Below are positions 17,884 through 27,253 of a DNA stretch of 64,000 nt, in pieces; positions within the stretch are counted from its first letter, which is position 1, and every line of letters starts with the position of its first letter. The translations under genes and the position numbers were made by a program. Under the pieces are notes generated by a model that was given only the letters and a program-made list of their open reading frames with translations, was not told where the DNA came from and did not search any database. This DNA is from Candidatus Krumholzibacteriia bacterium. Lineage in GTDB: Bacteria; Krumholzibacteriota; Krumholzibacteriia; LZORAL124-64-63. The stretch spans positions 3,694 to 67,693 of the forward strand of contig JAYRFB010000201.1 in NCBI GenBank assembly GCA_041908585.1. The letters run 5' to 3'.

Positions 17884-17910
17884 CCCGCGCCTTCCGCGCC
17901 GGGCCCGCCA

Positions 17911-19491
17911 TCAGTAGACAGCGATGAGGGGGCCGCCCCAGCGGGGGCGGCACTGCTCGGGGTCGTCGACGATGCCGTCGCAGTCGTCATCACGCCCATT
18001 GCCGCAGACTTCCGGGGCGCCGGGATGGACCGCCGGGTCGGCGTCGTCGCAGTCGGTGGCCAGGCGGCTGCAGAAGGCGCTGCCGGGCGCGCCGTAGAGG
18101 TCGCCGTCGGTATCCGGGCAGGGGCCGGCCGGCTCGTCGACCAGGCCGTTGCAGTTGTCGTCGACGCCGTTGGGCACCTCCGCCGCGCCCGGGTGCACGT
18201 TCGCCGCGCCCACCCAGCGGCACTCGAGCCGCGAGATCGGCAGTTCCGCCGGCTGGCCGTCCGCATCCACGACCAGCGCGCGGAAGCGAAGGTCGCGCAG
18301 CGTCTCCTTGACGTACCCGAGCAGGAGCCACGGTCCCATGTCGATGACCTCGGGCGCCACCTGCAGGCCGGTGTCGGAGCCCGGGACCAGCAGCGGCGGC
18401 TCCCAATCGCCGGTCTCGAAGCCGCTGGCGCTGCTGTGGCCGATGCCGCCGTCGTCTCCCGTCGTCCACAGCAGGTGCACGCGGCCGTCGCGCAGGAACA
18501 GCGTCGGCGACTCGGCCTTGCGGCCCTCGGTGAACCACAGGGGCCCCAGGTCGGTCCAGTGGACGAGGTCCTCCGACCGCGCCAGGGCCACGATGCCCGT
18601 CCAGCGGAAGGGACCGGGCACCGTCGTGTAGGCCATGTACCAGCTGCCCGTGGCCGGGTCGGCGATGACGTGAGGGTCCCGGCACTGGCGCGTCCATTCG
18701 TGCGGCTGGTCCCATGCCGACCAGTCCCAGTTCGCGTCGAGCAGGCAGCCGGGGCCGCTCATGCCGTCGCAGCCGCCCACCGTGACGCGCTGCCAGTGGA
18801 CCAGGTCGCTGCTGGTGGCGGCGCCGATGCGTTCCTCATGGAAGCCGGTCTGGGGATTGCGCGTGACGCCGGCATAGAACATCCACCACAGGCCGTCCGC
18901 CGGGTTGGCCACGATGGACGGCGCCCAGACATGGTCGCGGTCCCAGTCGGAGGAGGGGTCGTTGGTCAGGGCGTCGGGCAGCTGCTGCCAGGACAGGCCG
19001 TCCGCGGAGACGGCATGGCCGAGGCTCTTGCCGTGCGTCTGCGGGAACCAGGTCCATAGGGGCCCCTCGATGTAGATCGCGTGCAGCAGGCCGCCCTGGC
19101 CCGCCGGCCCGTCGAACAGCATCGCGAAGTCGCCGGCCATGACGCCCCCGGGCGGGGTGAAGACCAGGTCGGGGACATGGTCGCACCATCCCGTCCCGGG
19201 GTCGGCGAAATGCAGGGTCTCGACGCAGTCGCGGGCCGTGCAGCCGGCGCTCTGCGACCAGTCGTCGCGGTCCAGGTCGGGGCACCAGGAGCCGCCCTGC
19301 GCCTGCGCCGCGGCAGGTGGCAGGCCAGGCGGGGTCGGCAGCGCCGGCGATGCCGCGGCGGGCGGCACCTGCGCCTTCGGGTCGCGCGGGTCGACCGGCG
19401 CCTCGATGGCCAGCGGACGGCAGCCGGCGGCCGCGGCCAGGGTCACCGGCAGCCATAGGCGCAGGAGGCTCCGCAGGGGTGTCAGGGTCAA
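17911..19491 (-). CDS. Lipoprotein with a GH43-like five-bladed beta-propeller glycoside hydrolase domain and C-terminal Cys-rich MopE-type repeats.
   Basis: Likely TTG start at 19491, giving MTLTPLRSLLRLWLPVTLAAAAGC (lipobox). Blade-like motifs (HVWAPSIV, GLWWMFYAG, GSWYMAYT, VHLLWTTG) are present. The C-terminal repeats (DxDxDG...DCDDxDPAVHPGAPEVCGNGRDDDCDG) resemble the MopE putative metal-binding motif. Confidence 0.45.
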   Translation of the reverse strand: MTLTPLRSLLRLWLPVTLAAAAGCRPLAIEAPVDPRDPKAQVPPAAASPALPTPPGLPPAAAQAQGGSWCPDLDRDDWSQSAGCTARDCVETLHFADPGTGWCDHVPDLVFTPPGGVMAGDFAMLFDGPAGQGGLLHAIYIEGPLWTWFPQTHGKSLGHAVSADGLSWQQLPDALTNDPSSDWDRDHVWAPSIVANPADGLWWMFYAGVTRNPQTGFHEERIGAATSSDLVHWQRVTVGGCDGMSGPGCLLDANWDWSAWDQPHEWTRQCRDPHVIADPATGSWYMAYTTVPGPFRWTGIVALARSEDLVHWTDLGPLWFTEGRKAESPTLFLRDGRVHLLWTTGDDGGIGHSSASGFETGDWEPPLLVPGSDTGLQVAPEVIDMGPWLLLGYVKETLRDLRFRALVVDADGQPAELPISRLECRWVGAANVHPGAAEVPNGVDDNCNGLVDEPAGPCPDTDGDLYGAPGSAFCSRLATDCDDADPAVHPGAPEVCGNGRDDDCDGIVDDPEQCRPRWGGPLIAVY

Positions 19492-19585
19492 GGGCTGGTC
19501 CGCTCCCGCGCGGCGAGGGCACGTCCCGGCACGGGAACGGCGACGACCGACCGGGAAATCATAGCACATCGGGATGGTCGGCGGG

Positions 19586-20608
19586 TCAGGTCCCGGCGTA
19601 GCCGTCCGGGTTGGTCGACTGCCAGCGCCAGTGGTCCGCGCACATCTCGTCGATGCCGCGCCGCGCCTGCCAGCCGAGCAGTTCCGCCGCGCGCGACGGG
19701 TCGGCATAGCAGGTGGCCACGTCGCCCGGGCGCCGCGCCACGACGCGGTACGGCACCGGGCGCCCGGAGGCCCGCGCCGCGGCGGCCACCATCTCCAGCA
19801 CGGAATAGCCGCGGCCGGTGCCCAGGTTGACCGGGACGCAGCCGCCCAGCCCGTCCAGGCGGTCCAGCGCCGCCAGGTGCCCGAGCGCCAGGTCGACGAC
19901 ATGGATGTAGTCGCGCACGCCGGTGCCGTCCGGCGTCGGGTAGTCGTCTCCGTACACGCTCAGCTCGGCCAGCCGGCCCACCGCCACCTGCATGACGTAC
20001 GGCATCAGGTTGTTCGGAAGGCCGCGCGGGTCCTCGCCGATGCGACCGCTCGGGTGGGCACCGATCGGGTTGAAGTAGCGCAGCAGCACGCAGGTCCAGC
20101 GCGGGTCGGCGGCACACAGGTCGCGCAGGATCTCCTCGATGAACAGCTTCGTGCGGCCGTAGGGATTCGTGGCCGAGAGCGGGAAGTCCTCGGTGATCGG
20201 CACGGTCGCCGGGTCGCCGTAGACGGTGGCCGACGAGCTGAAGACCAGGCGCCGGCAGCCGTGCTCCTCCATCACCTTCAGCAGTTCGAGCGTGCCGGTG
20301 ATGTTGTTGTCGTAGTAGCGAACCGGGATGCGGCTGCTCTCGCCCACGGCCTTCAGCCCGGCGAAGTGGATGACCGCATCGAAGCGCCGACCCGTGAAGA
20401 CGTGCCTCAGCGCGGCTGAGTCGCGGATGTCGACCTTGTGGAAACCGGGCGCGCGACCGGCCAGGGCCTGCACGCGGCGCAGGCTCTCCTCGCTGGCGTT
20501 GTCGAGGTTGTCGACGACCGTCACGTCCCAGCCGGCGACCAGCAGTTCGAGGCACGTGTGGCTGCCGATGAAGCCGGCGCCACCGGTGACCAGGCAGGAA
20601 CGATTCAC
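19586..20608 (-). CDS. galE: UDP-glucose 4-epimerase (NAD-dependent epimerase/dehydratase).
   Basis: GTG start giving [18 protein letters not shown] YxxxK is present in [10 protein letters not shown]...YGRTK. 340 aa. Confidence 0.9.
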   Translation of the reverse strand: MNRSCLVTGGAGFIGSHTCLELLVAGWDVTVVDNLDNASEESLRRVQALAGRAPGFHKVDIRDSAALRHVFTGRRFDAVIHFAGLKAVGESSRIPVRYYDNNITGTLELLKVMEEHGCRRLVFSSSATVYGDPATVPITEDFPLSATNPYGRTKLFIEEILRDLCAADPRWTCVLLRYFNPIGAHPSGRIGEDPRGLPNNLMPYVMQVAVGRLAELSVYGDDYPTPDGTGVRDYIHVVDLALGHLAALDRLDGLGGCVPVNLGTGRGYSVLEMVAAAARASGRPVPYRVVARRPGDVATCYADPSRAAELLGWQARRGIDEMCADHWRWQSTNPDGYAGT

Positions 20609-20937
20609 AGGCTGGCTCCCCCGCGCTGTCGCCGATCGGGGCCGGATGACGCCCCGGGGATTGTGCACGGCAACGACCTGATGGGTGTCAAGTGATGCAC
20701 CAGGACCGTGACGGGAATGAAAGTCCAAACCCAGCCATGCACAATTCCCGGGACGCCGGCAAGACGGCGACGCAGGACCGGACCCGGCCGGGCCCGGCGT
20801 GTGGTTCGATCAGATGATCTCATGAATGGACCGCCACATCCACCTTTTTTGTGTGCTGAAAGTGTCACGACGGCGGCCGGTTCCACGATGCGGAACGACG
20901 CGGAATCCGCCGTGACGCTTTCGGGACAGCTGGGGCA

Positions 20938-21435
20938 TCACGGTTGCGCCGGGATGTCGCCGCCGGCCCAATCCAGGATCAGGTCGCGCCGGGCGCCGTC
21001 CAGGCGCGCCTGCGGGTGGGCCAGGCGATAGCTGGACGGCGGCATGCTGCCCTTTTCCACCTCGCGTGCCACCTCGCGCAGCAGTTCGTCCTGCGCGGTG
21101 AAGTCGATGACCGGCCAGTCCGAGAAGTCCAGCTCGCGGCGCCCCTTGCGCACGTGATCGGCGATGAGCCATGACACGGGGGCGATGCGCGCGTACCACG
21201 GCCAGCGCGTCGCCGCCGAGTGGCAGTCGTAGCAGGCCGCTCGCAGCACGCGGACCACCTCCGGCGGCGCATCGACCTCGTGCCGCGCCGGCGGCCCCGA
21301 GCGGTCCACCGGCACGAACTGGATGGCGACGGCGACGACGGCCAGCGCGCCCGCGCCGGCCGCAAGGCCACGGCGCCGCGCGCGCGCCCGGCCCACCCCG
21401 CCGACGCCCGAGCCCGCTCCCGCGGACCGGCTCAC
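20938..21435 (-). CDS. Membrane-anchored heme-binding-domain protein.
   Basis: The GTG start overlaps the upstream cytochrome stop (GTGA). There is one TM helix (LAAGAGALAVVAVAIQF) followed by CYDCHS...WPWYARIAPVSWLIADHVRKGRRELDFSDW, which is typical of the haem-binding domain family. Confidence 0.6.
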   Translation of the reverse strand: MSRSAGAGSGVGGVGRARARRRGLAAGAGALAVVAVAIQFVPVDRSGPPARHEVDAPPEVVRVLRAACYDCHSAATRWPWYARIAPVSWLIADHVRKGRRELDFSDWPVIDFTAQDELLREVAREVEKGSMPPSSYRLAHPQARLDGARRDLILDWAGGDIPAQP

Positions 21436-22178
21436 GGCGCGAGCTTCTGCTTGAGGCGCAGCGCGTGCCGGTGGTCGGGCTCGAGCTTCAGCGCCGCCTC
21501 GACGGCCGCGAGGGCGCCGGCCCGGTCGCCCTTCATCTCGAGCAGCTGGGCCACGGCCACGTGGCCGTCGGCGAACCCGGGGTTCATCTCGAGGTTCAGC
21601 CGGCAGATGACGAGGGCGTCGTCGACGCGCGACGGTTCGGCGGCCAGCGTCTCGGCCACCAGCTGCAGCGGACGGGGGCCGAAGTCGAACGATCCGCTGC
21701 CGTAGTAGCGCTCGCGAAGATCGCGGTATTTCCTCGTACCGGCCTCCGCGCCCTGGTCGCGCACCGCGCGCAGCACGACGCGATCCAGCGTCGTCGGCGA
21801 GGGCAGCCCGCGGTGGCAGGTCAGGCAGTCGACCGCGGCGTCCTCTTCGCCGGCCGCCTTCGGCAGCACTCCGGCGTTCAGGTCGCGCATCATCGTGTAC
21901 ATCCGTCGCGCCACCTCCTTGTGCCCGACCTTGTCGCTGGCGAAGTCGATGCTCTGCGGATCGCCCGGGACCTTCTGCTCGTGGCAGAATTCGCAGCGGA
22001 CGCCGAGGGCCTGGTTCCACTGCTTCATGGTCTCGACCAGCTCGCGCTTCGTGGTCGTCGGCGGGAAGACCTTGAGGTTCTTCGGCGACTCGTCCGCGGC
22101 CGCGGCCGGGAAGGCCGACAGCGCGGTCAGGGCGAGCAGTCCGGCGGCGAACGGCCGGGCCAGGCGGCGATACGGCAT
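21432..22178 (-). CDS. Secreted diheme c-type cytochrome.
   Basis: The ATG at 22178 has a GGGAG RBS. The signal peptide is MPYRRLARPFAAGLLALTALSAFPAAAA. Two CxxCH motifs (CEFCH, CLTCH) and a helical C-terminal region are present. Confidence 0.7.
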   Translation of the reverse strand: MPYRRLARPFAAGLLALTALSAFPAAAADESPKNLKVFPPTTTKRELVETMKQWNQALGVRCEFCHEQKVPGDPQSIDFASDKVGHKEVARRMYTMMRDLNAGVLPKAAGEEDAAVDCLTCHRGLPSPTTLDRVVLRAVRDQGAEAGTRKYRDLRERYYGSGSFDFGPRPLQLVAETLAAEPSRVDDALVICRLNLEMNPGFADGHVAVAQLLEMKGDRAGALAAVEAALKLEPDHRHALRLKQKLAP

Positions 22179-22379
22179 GGATGCTCCCATCGGGTTTGCG
22201 GTCGGTGCGGCCGGACCCCCGCGGAGGGCCCGGCACCAGCCCGCCAAGCTAGCTCCACACGCCTGATCCGGCACGCTGCCCGCCGGAGAGCCCGCCCGGA
22301 CCGACGGTCGGCGTCGCGGCGCTGGACGCCGGGCGCGCCGTCTGCAATGCTGCCCCGACCCCTTGCCGAAGGAGCCCGC

Positions 22380-22763
22380 GTGCCGACGCCACCGCCCGAC
22401 ACAGCCGCCATCCGGGTGCTGATGATGCCCCGGGATACCAACCACCATGGCACCATCTTCGGCGGGGTGATCCTCAGCCACATCGACCAGGCCGGTGCGG
22501 TCGCCGCCCTGCGGCTGGGTTGCCAGCGCGTGGTCACCGTCGCCATGGATCGCGTGATCTTCAAGCAGCCGGTGCTGGTCGGGGACCTGGTCTCCTTCCA
22601 TGCCGAGCCGATCCGTCGCGGCCGCACCTCGGTCACCGTGCGGGTCCTGGTCGAGGCCGAGCGCCGGGGCGGCCGTGGTACCGTGGCCGTCACCGAGGCC
22701 GAGGTGACCTACGTGCACATCGATGCCGGCGGGCGGCCGATGGCCCTGCCCGACCCCGCCTGA
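22380..22763 (+). CDS. Hotdog-fold acyl-CoA thioesterase.
   Basis: GTG at 22380 with a GGAG RBS. The 127-aa protein ...MMPRDTNHHGTIFGGVILSHIDQAG... matches the YbgC/4HBT-like thioesterase signature. Confidence 0.7.
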   Translation: MPTPPPDTAAIRVLMMPRDTNHHGTIFGGVILSHIDQAGAVAALRLGCQRVVTVAMDRVIFKQPVLVGDLVSFHAEPIRRGRTSVTVRVLVEAERRGGRGTVAVTEAEVTYVHIDAGGRPMALPDPA

Positions 22764-22864
22764 GGCCCGGACCCCACCGCAAGGCCATCCTGCCCCTTGC
22801 CTCGACGCCCTCCGCGGACGGTGCCCAACCTGCCGGCCCGGCCGGGAAAGTCAGCCCCGCGGAG

Positions 22865-22990
22865 TACCCCCGATTTTGAGTCGGATTTTCGATTTAAGAT
22901 ATTTAATTTCAATCGATTACAATCTCCAATCTTGATACTATGTCAAACGATTAACATTTTCTTTGACTTCCCGATACCGCAATTCCAAGA
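22865..22990 (+). promoter_or_regulatory. AT-rich island (roughly 125 bp) in an otherwise ~70% GC region. It is a probable promoter or operator region for the downstream redox-complex operon.
   Basis: gattttgagtcggattttcgatttaagatatttaatttcaatcgattacaatctccaatcttgatactatgtcaaacgattaacattttctttgacttcc. It contains direct repeats (gattttcgattt, caatcgatt), a dyad TTGATactaTGTCAA at 22931..22945, and a TTGACT -35-like hexamer at 22962. Confidence 0.5.
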
Positions 22991-23054
22991 TGAAGGGTGT
23001 GATCGCCCCGACGGCGCCGGGACGGGCTCCGCGGGCACCCCCGGGAGGAGTTGC

Positions 23055-23999
23055 ATGGTCACCAGACGGGATTTCCTGAAGCTGTCCGGCGCCGCCGCCG
23101 GCACCGCCGCCCTGGCCGCCACCGGCGCCGCAGCCTCCACCGCCGCGACGGGCAAGCTGGACCCGGCGCGCGTCGGCGTGCTGACGGACATGACGCTGTG
23201 CATCGGCTGCCGGCGCTGCGAGTGGGCCTGCGCCCAGCAGAACAAGCTGCCCTACGGACCGCTCGAGTCCTGTGACGACCAGAGCGTCCTGGCCAGCCCC
23301 CGCCGCCCCGATGCGGAGCACTTCACGGTCGTCAACCGCTACCCCGCCCCCGAGTGGCGCGAGCAGCCGATGGACGTGAAGGTGCAGTGCATGCACTGCG
23401 AGCATCCGGCCTGCGTCTCGGCCTGCATCGTCGGCGCCCTCGAGAAGAACCCGATGGGCCCGGTGACCTACGACGCCTGGAAGTGCATCGGCTGCCGCTA
23501 CTGCATGGTGGCCTGCCCCTTCCAGATCCCCGCCTACGAGTACCACAACGCGCTCACGCCGAAGGTGATGAAGTGCACGATGTGCCCCGAGCGCACGCTC
23601 GAGCAGGGCAAGGTGCCGGCCTGCGCGGAGCTCTGCCCGCGCGAGGCGATCCTCTTCGGGCGGCGTGACGAGCTGCTGGAGCTGGCCCACGAACGCCTGG
23701 CGCAGCACCCCGAGCGCTACCACCAGGAGGTGTACGGCGAGCACGCGGTCGGCGGCACGTCTTGGCTGCTGATCGCCGACCGGCCCGTGACCGAGCTGGG
23801 CATCCCCAAGCTTTCGGACGAGAGCCCCGCCGCGCTGACCGAGAGCATCCAGCATGGCATCTTCCGCGGCTTCACCGGACCGCTGATGATCTTCGGCCTT
23901 CTGAGCGTGCTCATGAAGTCGTCGACGGACCGCCGCCGCCCGGACGACTGGGACGAGGCCGACAAGCACGATCGCAACGGGGAGGACCAGCATGGCTAG
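23055..23999 (+). CDS. Tat-secreted 4x[4Fe-4S] ferredoxin-type subunit (HybA/NrfC/PsrB-like) with a C-terminal TM anchor.
   Basis: RBS GGGAGGAG, then a Tat motif RRDFLK. Four Cys clusters are present (CIGCRRCEWAC, CMHCEHPACVSAC, CIGCRYCMVACP, CTMCP..CAELCP). A C-terminal hydrophobic helix is PLMIFGLLSVLM. Confidence 0.85.
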   Translation: MVTRRDFLKLSGAAAGTAALAATGAAASTAATGKLDPARVGVLTDMTLCIGCRRCEWACAQQNKLPYGPLESCDDQSVLASPRRPDAEHFTVVNRYPAPEWREQPMDVKVQCMHCEHPACVSACIVGALEKNPMGPVTYDAWKCIGCRYCMVACPFQIPAYEYHNALTPKVMKCTMCPERTLEQGKVPACAELCPREAILFGRRDELLELAHERLAQHPERYHQEVYGEHAVGGTSWLLIADRPVTELGIPKLSDESPAALTESIQHGIFRGFTGPLMIFGLLSVLMKSSTDRRRPDDWDEADKHDRNGEDQHG

Positions 24000-25299
24000 C
24001 CGGCAGCACGTCGACGGCAACGTCGCCTGGAACATGGGCGGGGCGCACGGCGCCGTGGCAGTGGCCCCGGCCGCCCACCACGAGCGGCCCGCGCCGCTGT
24101 TCGGGCGCTCGGCCGTCCCCTTCTTCACGCCGGGCGTGATCGTGATCGCCGCCATCGCCGCGGCGGGCCTGGCCGTGCTCGCGGTGCGGCTGTTCGCGGG
24201 ACTGGGCGCGGTCACCAACCTGGACGACCAGTACCCCTGGGGCATCTGGATCGGCATCGACGTGGCCACGGGCGTGGCCCTGGCTGCCGGCGGCTTCACG
24301 TCGGCGTTCATCGCCCACGTCCTGCACCACGAGAAGTACCACGTGCTGGTGCGGCCCGCGCTGCTGACCGCGATGCTGGGCTACACCTTCGTGGCGCTGG
24401 GCGTCTGCGTGGACCTTGGCCGCTACTACAACATCTGGCACGTCCTGATGCCGTCGATGTGGCAGGGCAACTCGGCCCTGTTCGAGGTCGGCATGTGCGT
24501 GTGCTGCTACCTCACCGTCCTGTACCTCGAGTTCATGCCGATCGTCTGCGAGCGCTTCCGCGGCCACGTCAACCTGCCGGGGGCCCTGCGCGGGCTGAAC
24601 GGCTTCGTCGAGACGGCGCTGCGGATCATCGACAACACGCTCGGCCGGGTGATGAACTTCTTCATCATCATGGGCGTGGTCCTGTCGTGCGCGCACCAGT
24701 CCTCGCTGGGGACGCTGATGGTCATCGCGCCGAGCAAGCTCCACCCGCTGTGGCACACCGCGATCCTGCCGCTGCAGTTCCTGCTGTCGGCCTTCGCCGT
24801 GGGCCTCTCGATGGTGGTGTTCGAGTCGATGCTCGCCTCGCGCTCGCTGAAGCGGCCCTTCGAGATGCCGGTGCTCAGCCCGTTCGCGCGGCTGATCCCG
24901 TTCCTGCTGACGATCTACTTCGGCGCCAAGCTGGTCGACATGGCCAATCGCGGCACCTGGCAGTACCTCCAGGAATTCTCGCTCCGTTCGGTTTCGTGGA
25001 GCGTCGAGGTGCTCGTGGGTGTCCTGATTCCCATCGCGATCCTGCTCAGCCACAAGCTGCGCCGCCGCCCGGGTTGGCTGTTCGCGGCCTCGGCGATGGT
25101 CGTGTTCGGAGTGGCGCTCAACCGCATCAACGTGTTCGTCATCGGGTACACGGCCCCGTTCGCCGACAAGCCGTACATCCCGGCCTGGACCGAGGTGCTG
25201 CTGACGGTCGGCTTCATCGCGCTGCTGGTCCTGATCTACCGGTTGTTCATCTTCCTGTTCCCCATCCTGCCGGAAGAGGAAGGAGCCTCGCATGCGTAG
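23992..25299 (+). CDS. NrfD/PsrC-family polytopic membrane subunit (quinone-interacting).
   Basis: The start overlaps the preceding gene. The 435-aa protein has about 10 TM helices with NrfD-like helices (WGIWIGIDVATGVALAAGGF..., GYTFVALGVCVDLGRYYNIWH). Confidence 0.85.
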   Translation: MASRQHVDGNVAWNMGGAHGAVAVAPAAHHERPAPLFGRSAVPFFTPGVIVIAAIAAAGLAVLAVRLFAGLGAVTNLDDQYPWGIWIGIDVATGVALAAGGFTSAFIAHVLHHEKYHVLVRPALLTAMLGYTFVALGVCVDLGRYYNIWHVLMPSMWQGNSALFEVGMCVCCYLTVLYLEFMPIVCERFRGHVNLPGALRGLNGFVETALRIIDNTLGRVMNFFIIMGVVLSCAHQSSLGTLMVIAPSKLHPLWHTAILPLQFLLSAFAVGLSMVVFESMLASRSLKRPFEMPVLSPFARLIPFLLTIYFGAKLVDMANRGTWQYLQEFSLRSVSWSVEVLVGVLIPIAILLSHKLRRRPGWLFAASAMVVFGVALNRINVFVIGYTAPFADKPYIPAWTEVLLTVGFIALLVLIYRLFIFLFPILPEEEGASHA

Positions 25300-26491
25300 C
25301 CCGAAGCTGGCGCTCGTCGCCCTGGCCTGCCTTGTCGTGATCTCCTGCGCCACGGCCCTGGCCGGGCCGGCGCAGGTGATGGAACCCGGCCATGCCAAGC
25401 CCGGCGCCGCGAAGCACCCGGGCACCTCGGTGGCCACCGGCCCGGATTGCAGCGCCTGCCACAGCTGCCCGGCGCCGACGCACGCGAACCCCTGCCTGCT
25501 CGCCTGCAAGCGCCACGGCGCCCAGTTCAAGGGCGAGCACGGCGCCGACGAGGGCCCCGAGGTCGTCATCATCGACCAGCTGGCGAACCTCTACGGGCCG
25601 GTGGTGTTCGCGCACAAGCTGCACGCCGAGATGTCGAACATGACCGGCGGCTGCACCAACTGCCACCACTACTCGCCGGCGACGGGCCCGGTGCCGCCGT
25701 GCCGCCAGTGCCACGAGCCGACCCGCGCGGCAACCGACCTGCGGCAGCCCGCGCTCAAGGGCGCCTATCACCGGCAGTGCATCAACTGCCACCTGGACTG
25801 GAGCCACGACAACGCCTGCGGCTTCTGCCACGAGCAGGCCTCCGGCCCGAAGGGTGCCGGCGCCAAGAGCACCGGCACCGGTGGCACCCACGACCCGACC
25901 GACATCGTCGGCACCAAGCACCCGCTGATCAAGGCCAAGCCGACCTACACCTACAAGACGACCGAGCCGACCGGCCCCATGGTCACCTTCCACCACGAGG
26001 ACCACGTGGAGAAGTTCGGACTGCGCTGCGTGGACTGCCACCGCGGCGATACGTGCGCCAGCTGCCACGACACGGGCGAGACCAGGACCAAGCGCACGCT
26101 CAACCACGTGACGACGTGCGGCGCCTGCCACGCCGAGCGGAACTGCGCGTTCTGCCACTCGCAGGACTCGAAGCCGCAGTTCGACCACCGCGCCTCGACG
26201 GGCTGGTCGCTGGAGCCGTACCACCGCCGCGTGGCCTGCACGACCTGCCACGGCGAGCCGCAGGCGTTCCGCACGCCCAGCCGGCGCTGCACGGGCTGCC
26301 ACATCCACTGGGCGGAGGGCTCGTTCGACCATGCCGTCACCGGCCTGCGGCTGGACGAGAACCACCGCGAGCTGGAATGCGCGAACTGCCACGTCGGGAT
26401 GGAGTTCACCGCGAAGCCGCAGTGCACGGACTGCCACGACGAGGCCATGTTCCCGGCGAAGCTGCCCGGGGCCAGGGTGTCGCGCCGCTGA
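25292..26491 (+). CDS. Periplasmic multiheme cytochrome c with about 13 CxxCH motifs.
   Basis: Signal peptide MRSPKLALVALACLVVISCATALA. CxxCH motifs counted by eye: CSACH, CTNCH, CRQCH, CINCH, CGFCH, CVDCH, CASCH, CGACH, CAFCH, CTTCH, CTGCH, CANCH, CTDCH. The start overlaps the NrfD-like gene. Confidence 0.9.
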   Translation: MRSPKLALVALACLVVISCATALAGPAQVMEPGHAKPGAAKHPGTSVATGPDCSACHSCPAPTHANPCLLACKRHGAQFKGEHGADEGPEVVIIDQLANLYGPVVFAHKLHAEMSNMTGGCTNCHHYSPATGPVPPCRQCHEPTRAATDLRQPALKGAYHRQCINCHLDWSHDNACGFCHEQASGPKGAGAKSTGTGGTHDPTDIVGTKHPLIKAKPTYTYKTTEPTGPMVTFHHEDHVEKFGLRCVDCHRGDTCASCHDTGETRTKRTLNHVTTCGACHAERNCAFCHSQDSKPQFDHRASTGWSLEPYHRRVACTTCHGEPQAFRTPSRRCTGCHIHWAEGSFDHAVTGLRLDENHRELECANCHVGMEFTAKPQCTDCHDEAMFPAKLPGARVSRR

Positions 26492-26519
26492 TTCAGGGGT
26501 GGGGTGGTGCGGATGGGAA

Positions 26520-26543
26520 GGGCCCGGTCCACGGACCGGGCCC
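26520..26543. terminator. Candidate bidirectional terminator hairpin between the convergent cytochrome and redoxin genes.
   Basis: Perfect inverted repeat GGGCCCGGTCC-ac-GGACCGGGCCC (11-bp stem), followed by TTGTTCAT on the + strand. Confidence 0.5.
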
Positions 26544-26599
26544 TTGTTCATGCACCTGATCGTGCCCCGGACCGCCGGCGGGCGGCGCCGGGGCCGTCG

Positions 26600-27249
<650 letters not shown>

Positions 27250-27253
<4 letters not shown>

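Noticed and set aside
19488-20555. 355-aa minus-strand ORF overlapping galE.
   Set aside because: It is an alternative frame of the galE region with Arg/Pro-rich nonsense. GalE in the other frame has Rossmann and catalytic motifs.
20938-22236. 432-aa minus-strand ORF.
   Set aside because: Only the C-terminal 165 aa (TM helix plus heme-binding domain) look genuine. The upstream part overlaps the cytochrome c gene in another frame and is Arg/Gly/Pro-rich.
21171-22763. 530-aa plus-strand ORF.
   Set aside because: Only the last 127 aa (hotdog thioesterase, GTG start with RBS at 22380) are credible. The rest is antisense to the cytochrome c and heme-binding-domain genes.
22931-22945. TTGATactaTGTCAA as a bona fide FNR box.
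   Set aside because: The FNR consensus is TTGAT-N4-ATCAA. Here the second half-site is GTCAA/TGTCA, with ambiguous 4 or 5 nt spacing. It is reported only as a Crp/Fnr-like dyad inside the AT-rich island, not as a called FNR site.
22938-26551. Minus-strand ORFs 22938..24311, 23911..25572 and 25247..26551.
   Set aside because: They are antisense to the FeS/NrfD/multiheme-cytochrome operon, whose plus-strand genes carry unmistakable Cys-cluster and CxxCH motifs.
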